From assembly GCA_048885535.1 (NCBI GenBank), contig JBHLLO010000010.1:4741-68740 (forward strand): a DNA stretch of 64,000 nucleotides, written 5' to 3'. The notes under the pieces were generated by a model that was given only the letters and a program-made list of their open reading frames with translations, had not been told where the DNA came from and searched no databases. This DNA is from Candidatus Hermodarchaeota archaeon. GTDB taxonomy: Archaea; Asgardarchaeota; Lokiarchaeia; Sigyniarchaeales; SOKP01. Of the stretch, positions 56,981 to 64,000 are shown in pieces; positions within the stretch are counted from its first letter, which is position 1, and every line of letters begins with the position of its first letter. The translations under genes and the position numbers were made by a program.

Positions 56981-57248
56981 TTATTATAAATAACTAAGAT
57001 AAATATAAAAATATTAAATACATTCTTACTGGATTACAATTCTCTTAAGAGTAAAATATTATCTGTTTATATATTTATCACTATTAAGCTGTCTTACATT
57101 AAGATTCTAGATGTATTTAGAAAGTAGGATAATGAAATGCTCTTTAAATGAAAATAAAGATTTTCCTTAAAATTATTTCTGTTTTTATAATCAAAATTAA
57201 ATTAATATCATAATAGGTTAAATTAAAATCAATAAGTGCTTTCTCAAA

Positions 57249-57536
57249 ATGATTCTAAAGTTAAAGATCAAGGACGACAGAAAATCTAAAAGCAAAAAGA
57301 TTTATGTATGGATACAAAGACATAACAGCTTTAATCAAGATATTCTGCAAATATTACAATTTTTTAAAGATCAAATCTTAGTATCAAAAAAAAGAAAAAT
57401 TTTACCTTATTATAGAATAACTTCTGATAACCCTGCAATGGTCCTATCCTTATTTTCAACAGTACAAGATTTAATCCCTGAAATCTACTTTAAAGAAGAA
57501 AGTTCAGTTGAAATAGAAGAAACTGTAAATCCATAA
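57249..57536 (+). CDS. hypothetical protein
   Basis: 95-aa ORF only. Confidence 0.25.
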   Translation: MILKLKIKDDRKSKSKKIYVWIQRHNSFNQDILQILQFFKDQILVSKKRKILPYYRITSDNPAMVLSLFSTVQDLIPEIYFKEESSVEIEETVNP

Positions 57537-57900
57537 TTCCTAATTCTTTAAAGAAAAAGAATTAGTAATCAAATAATTAATATAATAATCGGAATAGAAA
57601 TTATTAACGCAAATAATACCATTATTATTGTGATTGCGTTATCCCGAAATATATTTGGTTTACCACTTTGTTTTGACATGATACTACCACCTAAAAACTA
57701 TATAATAATTCATGTTTATTAGTTTATTCATTAATACAATTCTAGATTTTTATTTATAAAGATGTAATATCTGTATATTAAAAAAGAAAATTTATAACCT
57801 CTTTTACAGTTTAAATGTATAAAATCTTATAATGATTCATTAAAGATTCAATTCTTTCTTTAAAGTTTTACTCTTTTGAATATTTTCGAATAATATTCAA

Positions 57901-58006
57901 TGGGAGAGGGGGGATTCGAACCCCCGGCCCCTAGGTTTTTTGCCTTCGTACAAAAAGCTTACGCAAGACCCAAACCTAGAATCATACCAAGCTAGACCAC
58001 CCTCCC
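57901..58006 (-). tRNA. tRNA-Pro (anticodon UGG) with a 32-nt intron at the canonical 37/38 position
   Basis: Folded by hand on the minus strand. Acceptor GGGAGGG/CTCTCCC (one G-U pair) and discriminator A. T-arm GGGGG-TTCGAAT-CCCCC. Anticodon stem CTAGG/CCTAG with loop TT-TGG-G[intron]A. Intron at 57937-57968. No encoded CCA. Confidence 0.85.
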
Positions 58007-58197
58007 TTGAGAATAGGTTCTAAAAATTAAAAACAATTTTTAACCCTTCTCTTACTTAGGAGATAAATTAAGAATTAATCATTCATTAATTGGTATAGAT
58101 AAGAAAAATTAATTAAATAAAAAAATTTTTCCGTTAAATACTGAGATTTGTATTCGACAAGAAATAATTCAATTCTATAATCAATAATTTATTTGAT

Positions 58198-58749
58198 ATG
58201 AAAAAGAAAATTTTACTTCTCAAAATTGGTCAAATCAGTGAAGTAATTGTATTAAAATTGAAGAAAAATTTAGAATGGATCTTTAAAAAATTTAATATCG
58301 AAATTGAACTAATATCTAAAGAGGTCGATTTGAAAGAGTCTTTTTATCATTCCCAGAGGAGGCAGTATAATGCAGATAAAATTATGGTGGAAATGGACCA
58401 GTTTCTATGCAATTATAATTTTTTTCGCGCCTTAGGAGTAATTAATGAAGATATTTATTCAAGATTTTACAAATTCATATTTGGATGCGTAAGTGGATTA
58501 GAATCAAATATTGCTTTAATTTCAGTAATCCGATTAAATGAAAACTTCTATAATAGAACTGAAAATCCTCCTCTTTTTGAGAAGAGAATTTTAAGAGAAG
58601 CAATTCATGAGCTTGGTCATACTTTTGGGTTAAAACACTGTGAAAATTATTGTGTAATGCAATTTTCCAATAGTTTAGCAGAAGCAGATGACAAGCCAAT
58701 AAAGTTTTGTGAGGATTGTAGCAAAAAATTAGAGATTTTTTTTGCTTAA
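58198..58749 (+). CDS. amzA: archaemetzincin (peptidase M54)
   Basis: HELGHTFGLKHC motif followed by CVMxxS and C-terminal CEDC, the archaemetzincin signature. Confidence 0.85.
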   Translation: MKKKILLLKIGQISEVIVLKLKKNLEWIFKKFNIEIELISKEVDLKESFYHSQRRQYNADKIMVEMDQFLCNYNFFRALGVINEDIYSRFYKFIFGCVSGLESNIALISVIRLNENFYNRTENPPLFEKRILREAIHELGHTFGLKHCENYCVMQFSNSLAEADDKPIKFCEDCSKKLEIFFA

Positions 58750-58759
58750 GATAAAAATG

Positions 58760-59764
58760 TCATCCATATCTATTTTTGAATTTAAAAAATAAGGATTCGC
58801 TAATTTTCATGATCTCTTTATTGTTTTTGACTAGTTTTAACAATTCATAAGGGATAGTTTTTAAGCCAAAATAAGCTCCAGCTAAACTACCTCCTATGGC
58901 GCCGACAGTATCACTATCTCCTCCTGCTGTTGCTAACTCATAGATACACTCCTCAAATGATTCTAAATTCTTTAAAAATATAAAAATCGCACATGCAACT
59001 GTACTTAAAGTATACGGGTGGACAAATGCTTTTCCGAGGTATTCTTCGATAAAATAAGGAGATTTGACTCCAATTTGGGAAAGTTTAATCAATCCTGCTT
59101 CAATTGAAATATTTAGGTTTTGTTTTACTTTAGTTAGGATTTCGATGAATTCTTCCCATATTTTATCTTGAGATTTTGAAATCGAAGAAATAATTACTTC
59201 AAAAAATTCATTAATAGAAAATCCCTTACTAGGAGTGTTTTCTACTAAATATGATATTGCTCTTGCTACAACTATTGCTCCTGCGGAAGCTGCTGGATGT
59301 GAATGTGTAATAATGCTTGACTTTAAAGCTATGGCTTTTAAAGCTTTGATATCTTTACAGTAAAATAGTCCAATGGGAGAAATTCTCATTGTAGTTCCGT
59401 TTCCACCAGAATTAGAAGCAGCTTCTTGCCAGGGAATTCCATACCTTAGTTTTTGAATTGAGCTTAAGCAACCATAACCTGGACCAATAGGAGGATCGTC
59501 TAACCACTTTACATATTCTCTAATTAAATTGTTAATATTAAATCCAGAGCTTTGAATTAAAGCTTCTGCTGTATGTAGAGTTAACTGAGTGTCATCTGTA
59601 TAAGTATTAAATAACTTTTTATGGCTTTTTATAAATTCCTTAAAATCAGTGAAGTAGGAATGAATTCTATCTCGTAAAACACCTTCAAACGGATGACCTA
59701 ATGTATCTCCTATAGCAACTCCCATTAAAGTTCCTGAAAATTTATCTAAATAATCAATCTTCAT
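58760..59764 (-). CDS. ADP-ribosylglycohydrolase-family protein
   Basis: GVAIGDTLGHPFEG, YTDDTQLT, GNGTTMRISP and GGDSDTVGAIGGSLAGAYFG motifs. Confidence 0.85.
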   Translation of the reverse strand: MKIDYLDKFSGTLMGVAIGDTLGHPFEGVLRDRIHSYFTDFKEFIKSHKKLFNTYTDDTQLTLHTAEALIQSSGFNINNLIREYVKWLDDPPIGPGYGCLSSIQKLRYGIPWQEAASNSGGNGTTMRISPIGLFYCKDIKALKAIALKSSIITHSHPAASAGAIVVARAISYLVENTPSKGFSINEFFEVIISSISKSQDKIWEEFIEILTKVKQNLNISIEAGLIKLSQIGVKSPYFIEEYLGKAFVHPYTLSTVACAIFIFLKNLESFEECIYELATAGGDSDTVGAIGGSLAGAYFGLKTIPYELLKLVKNNKEIMKISESLFFKFKNRYG

Positions 59765-59921
59765 GTTTTAACGCTGTTTTTATAACACATATCATACTTT
59801 TTATTTATTTTTTTTTATAAAGATTGAAACAATTAGATAATCAAATAAAAATAATTTTTAAAAAGAAATTTTACCCATTTATATCTTAATAAAAAATTAT
59901 AATATCTTTTAACTAAATGCA

Positions 59922-60824
59922 ATGTCAAAAATACAAAAACTTAGAGATGTAATTACAGCAATGATTACTCCCTTCAATAATGACTTAACTTTGGATGAAG
60001 AGAAGTATCGAGAGTTTATTAGATTTCAAGTTGAAAACGGTTGTAATATATTAACTATGGGTACTACGGGTGAATCTGCGACAATGTCTCATCAGGAACA
60101 CCATGTTGCCATGGATATTGCGATAGATGAAGCAAAAAAGACAGGAAAAGATCCAATTGTATTAGCTGGTACAGGCAGCAACTCTACTAAAGAAGCAATC
60201 TCACTCTGTCAGTATGCTGAAAAAGTGGGTGCTGATGGATGTTTAGTTGTAGTTCCCTATTATAACAAACCTGTTCAACATTCCTTGATTGACCATTTTT
60301 CTAGTATTGCTGATTCTATTTCGTTACCCATAATTTTATATAATGTTCCAAGTCGTACTGGTCGAAATTTAGAATCCGAAACGGTATCTAAACTAGCATA
60401 TTCGAAAGACAACATTGTTGGCATTAAATGTGCTAGCGGAGATATAGATCAAATAACAAGAATTATTAAAAATACTCCTGATGACTTTATTGTTCTAAGT
60501 GGAGATGATGGGTTTACTTATCACATAATGAGTCTTGGGGGAAAAGGAGTTATTAGTGTAGCTTCGAATATCATCCCAAGTATGATGGTAGAATTCACTA
60601 GATTAATGAATAGTAAAAAGTGGGATGAATCAAGAAATATGCATCTGAAATTGTATGATTTATTTAAAGTTTTATTTATAGAAACTAATCCTGGTCCTGT
60701 GAAATATGCTGCAGAGTTAATGGGCTTAATGGACAAAAGAATGAGATTACCACTAACACCACCCTTGATAGAAAATCAAGAAAAAATTAAGAAGGTACTT
60801 CAAAGCTTGAATTTAATTAAATGA
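59922..60824 (+). CDS. dapA: 4-hydroxy-tetrahydrodipicolinate synthase
   Basis: GTTGESATMS motif, YNVPSRTG motif, and Schiff-base Lys context (GIKCASGD). Confidence 0.9.
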   Translation: MSKIQKLRDVITAMITPFNNDLTLDEEKYREFIRFQVENGCNILTMGTTGESATMSHQEHHVAMDIAIDEAKKTGKDPIVLAGTGSNSTKEAISLCQYAEKVGADGCLVVVPYYNKPVQHSLIDHFSSIADSISLPIILYNVPSRTGRNLESETVSKLAYSKDNIVGIKCASGDIDQITRIIKNTPDDFIVLSGDDGFTYHIMSLGGKGVISVASNIIPSMMVEFTRLMNSKKWDESRNMHLKLYDLFKVLFIETNPGPVKYAAELMGLMDKRMRLPLTPPLIENQEKIKKVLQSLNLIK

Positions 60825-60835
60825 ATTGATTAAAT

Positions 60836-61657
60836 ATGATTAAATTGTTAGTTTTAGGTCCTACTGGGGCCATGGGAAAATTGATTAGTGAATTAGCTCT
60901 GAAGGATGAAGAAATAAATATTGTTGCTGCTTGTGATGTTAATAATGTGGGAATGAAACTAGCTTCATTCGTTACTGTTAAAGATCCTGATGAGATTATA
61001 ATCAATGATGTAAATTTTTTACAACAAATAATTGATCAAACCAAACCTGAAGTCGTTGTTGACTTTACAGTAGCCTCAGCAACTGAAAAAAATTGCATAA
61101 TTTGCGTTCAAAATGGTCTGAGGTGTGTTATAGGAACAACAGCCTTATCACAAGAATTCCATAAAGAATTTGAAGTCTTGGTTGAAAAATTTAAAGCCCC
61201 TTCTGTAATTTCTCCAAATATGGCTACTGGTGTAAATATAATGTTCAAAATGGCTTCCGTATTGACAAATTATTTAAGTGACTGGGATATTGAAGTAATA
61301 GAAAGCCACCACCATCGGAAAGTGGATTCCCCCTCAGGAACGGCTTTAGCAATAACAAAAATAATCTGTGATACTCTTTCTTGCAATCCAATAGAAACCT
61401 TAAAATTTGGGCGTTCTAAAGGACCTAATAAAAGGAAAGTGGGTGCTAAAAACGAAATAGGTATACATTCTATTCGTGCAGGAGATATTGTTGGAGATCA
61501 TACCATTCTATATGCTGGATCTGGTGAAAGAATTGAATTAAAACATCAAGCACATAGTAGATATTGTTTTGCTGAAGGTGCCATAAAAGCAATTAAATTT
61601 ATTGCAGAAGCTAAAGAAATTAAAATATATAGCACAAGTGAAGTACTGGGACTATAA
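60836..61657 (+). CDS. dapB: 4-hydroxy-tetrahydrodipicolinate reductase
   Basis: N-terminal GPTGAMGK Rossmann motif and ESHHHRKVDSPSGTA catalytic motif. Lies 11 nt downstream of dapA. Confidence 0.9.
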   Translation: MIKLLVLGPTGAMGKLISELALKDEEINIVAACDVNNVGMKLASFVTVKDPDEIIINDVNFLQQIIDQTKPEVVVDFTVASATEKNCIICVQNGLRCVIGTTALSQEFHKEFEVLVEKFKAPSVISPNMATGVNIMFKMASVLTNYLSDWDIEVIESHHHRKVDSPSGTALAITKIICDTLSCNPIETLKFGRSKGPNKRKVGAKNEIGIHSIRAGDIVGDHTILYAGSGERIELKHQAHSRYCFAEGAIKAIKFIAEAKEIKIYSTSEVLGL

Positions 61658-61895
61658 AATATGGATAATCCTTAGATTTCTCTTTAAATATGATGAGACA
61701 AAATTATAAAATATTTCAGAGCAGATCAGTCTTCTCATCAATCTGTGTTATCAGATTTCATAACGCCAACTCTTCATTTAAAAGATTAAAGGGTATCCTG
61801 ACTTTAATCTTATATAATTTTATAATTCTATCTCATTATAATAAAAAATGTCTCGAGTTTTAACTTTTATTATAGGTAAAAGTAAGCTTATTCGA

Positions 61896-63209
61896 TCATT
61901 TCAAGTGATTTGGTATAGTTTGATTCTTTAATAAATCCTCATAATCCTCAGCATCTCTAATTTTAAAAATATTTCCATTACTGATTAAGAGTTCGGCTGG
62001 TCTGGGTCTTGAATTATAATTGCTACTCATTACATAACCGTAAGCTCCAGTATCGAGAATTGCAAGATATTCACCTTCATTTAGTTTTGATAGTTTCCTA
62101 TCTTTCCCAAGTATATCTCCCGATTCACAAATTGGACCAGCTATATCATAATTGAAAATCTCCTCCTCTTTCCTCATTCCACAAGGCAAAATATGATGAT
62201 AAGATCCATACATTGTAGGACGGATTAGAGTATTAAATCCTGCATCTACTCCTGCAAACAATTTATATCCGTTATCTTTAATAGTATTTACTTGAGTTAA
62301 TAATATACATGATTCAGCAACCAAATATCTTCCTGGTTCGATCTTAAACATAGGTTCTCCAATCTTATCCGTATATATTAATTTTTTAAAAGATTTTAGA
62401 ACAATAGCTTTATAAACTTCAAGATCAAAAGGTTTTGACCCAGGGTGGTAGGGGATTCCTAAACCACCACCAAAATCTAAGAATTCAAAATCAATTTTTA
62501 GAGTATTTGCTAATTTCTGTATGATTGATAAATATTTCTGAGTTGCTTTCTCAAAGTCGTATGGATTTGTAATACCAGAACCAATATGTTGATGAACACC
62601 AAATGATTGAAAGCCATATTCTTTAGCTTTCTTATACGCTTCAATAACTTGATTTTCCAATATTCCGAACTTTATGTCCTTTCCAGCAGTTATATCGTGA
62701 ATATGATGTCCGGCACCAAATTCTGGATTAATTCGAAAAGATATGGTTTTTCTCTCTTTCCCTAAATCCTTATAAACTTTTACTAATCGGTCTAATTGGC
62801 TAATACTATCCAAATTAATTAAAACATTATTTTTGACCGCAAATTTAAAATCATCATCAGTAAACATATTACCTGTATAAATAATCCTTTCAGGTGTAAT
62901 CCCTGCTGAAAAACAAGTGTAAATTTCACCTTGAGATGTGCAATCAAAAAAAGCACCCTCACTATTTAGAATTTTTAAAATTGTAATATTAGAATTTGCC
63001 TTAACTGCATAATGAATTTGATTTTTTTTATATTCTGAATTGATTACATTTTTCAAGGTTCTATATCTTTCACGAATAGCCATTTCGCTTATAACATAAA
63101 TAGGTGTTCCATATCTTTTTGCTAATTCTATAGTATTTAAACCATTAAAATAAAGTATGTTATTTTGATATTCTAAACCTTTATACGTTAACCAATCTCT
63201 AATTTCCAT
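61896..63209 (-). CDS. lysA: diaminopimelate decarboxylase
   Basis: PLP-Lys motif YAVKANSN, DFGGGLGIPY, and the CESGD motif (GPICESGDIL). Confidence 0.9.
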   Translation of the reverse strand: MEIRDWLTYKGLEYQNNILYFNGLNTIELAKRYGTPIYVISEMAIRERYRTLKNVINSEYKKNQIHYAVKANSNITILKILNSEGAFFDCTSQGEIYTCFSAGITPERIIYTGNMFTDDDFKFAVKNNVLINLDSISQLDRLVKVYKDLGKERKTISFRINPEFGAGHHIHDITAGKDIKFGILENQVIEAYKKAKEYGFQSFGVHQHIGSGITNPYDFEKATQKYLSIIQKLANTLKIDFEFLDFGGGLGIPYHPGSKPFDLEVYKAIVLKSFKKLIYTDKIGEPMFKIEPGRYLVAESCILLTQVNTIKDNGYKLFAGVDAGFNTLIRPTMYGSYHHILPCGMRKEEEIFNYDIAGPICESGDILGKDRKLSKLNEGEYLAILDTGAYGYVMSSNYNSRPRPAELLISNGNIFKIRDAEDYEDLLKNQTIPNHLK

Positions 63210-63227
63210 TAAAATCCCATAATCTTA

Positions 63228-64000
63228 TTATAATTCAATTTTATCAATAATACCTTTAAATACCTTCACAACTGGACCTTCCATAAAGACCTTTTTTCCA
63301 TTAAACGTTATTATTAAATCACCACCATCGTTATGTACTGTTATTGGTACGTTTTTCTCAAATAGTCCAAGTATTGTTCCTGCAACAACAGCAGCACATG
63401 TTCCAGTACCACATGATTGGGTAATTCCTACTCCTCTTTCAAAAACCCTTAAATATGCTTCTGTTTTAGATTCAATTTTTATAAACTCAACATTAGTCCT
63501 ATTTGGGAAATGTTTGTTCCCCTCTATTGCTGCCCCATATTTATTTAAATCATTGTCATTGATGATTTTCTGAGTAAAAATTACCGCATGTGGATTTCCT
63601 ATTGAAACTGCTGTGAAATTGAAAATCTTATCTAAGACAACAATTGGTTCATTTACACACCTATCAACATCATCATCTAATAATACTGGAATACTATCAC
63701 AATCTATAATCGGAGAACCCATATCAACTTTAACAGAATCAACTTTATTATCTACTACTTTGAGTTCATTTATAGTAATGCCTTTTAAGGTTTCTACAGT
63801 AACACTTTGCTTGCTCAGGATACCATTTTCATAGATATATTTACAAAAACATCGTATACCGTTGCCACACATTTCGCTTTCAGTTCCATCTGGATTGAAC
63901 ATTCTCATTCTCACATCAGCCTTCTTGGATAAACAAACTAGTAGCAAACCATCAGCGCCTATTGAAAAGTGGGGTTTACATAATATTTTAGCTAACTGGG
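63228..64000 (-). CDS. dapF: diaminopimelate epimerase (5' end runs off the window)
   Basis: Both catalytic Cys motifs are present (SEMCGNGIRCF and SCGTGTCAA). The reading frame stays open upstream of the track start (63947) to the window edge (...HFSIGADGLLLV). Confidence 0.85.
   Translation of the reverse strand, partial: QLAKILCKPHFSIGADGLLLVCLSKKADVRMRMFNPDGTESEMCGNGIRCFCKYIYENGILSKQSVTVETLKGITINELKVVDNKVDSVKVDMGSPIIDCDSIPVLLDDDVDRCVNEPIVVLDKIFNFTAVSIGNPHAVIFTQKIINDNDLNKYGAAIEGNKHFPNRTNVEFIKIESKTEAYLRVFERGVGITQSCGTGTCAAVVAGTILGLFEKNVPITVHNDGGDLIITFNGKKVFMEGPVVKVFKGIIDKIEL

Noticed and set aside
61690-61801. Possible box C/D sRNA in the dapB/lysA convergent gap (ATGATGA at 61690-61696, CTGA at 61798-61801) and an imperfect hairpin TGATGAGAC...GTCTTCTCATCA
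   Set aside because: The box C to box D distance is about 108 nt, much longer than typical archaeal C/D sRNAs. I found no C'/D' boxes or terminal stem. Short motifs like these occur by chance.
1-64000. CRISPR arrays, rRNA genes, integrases or prophage-like blocks
   Set aside because: I saw no regularly spaced direct repeats, no rRNA-like GC-rich structured segments, and no integrase, transposase or capsid-like ORFs in any frame of the track.

Overview
This is an AT-rich archaeal chromosomal segment with about 60 protein genes and one intron-containing tRNA. I saw no rRNA, CRISPR array, transposase or integrase. Archaeal origin is supported by a thermosome, eL18, RNA polymerase subunit D/Rpo3, Cdc48, archaemetzincin and a tRNA intron at the canonical 37/38 position. 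A Rag/Gtr-like GTPase (GTPase plus roadblock-like C-terminal domain) and a second MglA-like GTPase suggest an Asgard (Lokiarchaeia-like) genome, but that is inference only. Most of the window is housekeeping: aroC/aroA, an rpoD-eL18-uL13-uS9 block, glyA, trmI, trpS, msrB, the thermosome, GTP-dependent PEPCK, and dapA-dapB with lysA-dapF. The loci most worth a second look: (1) hdrA(double module)-mvhD fusion, hdrC, hdrB, metV, metF, a putative electron-bifurcating methylene-H4folate reductase, plus a second diverged metV-metF pair 8.5 kb downstream. (2) A tandem oppC permease duplication with a 282-bp perfectly identical core, and no ATPase or binding-protein genes nearby. (3) An hsp20-cdc48-wHTH heat-shock-type operon with a 14-bp palindrome just downstream of a TATA-like box. 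(4) The two GTPases. (5) A solitary gamma-class N6-adenine DNA methyltransferase flanked by a His-tailed flavoprotein disulfide reductase and a MetE-like protein. All calls come from motif recognition by eye on the supplied ORF translations; no database search was run. The ORF track translates GTG/TTG starts as M, so several 5' ends are uncertain.
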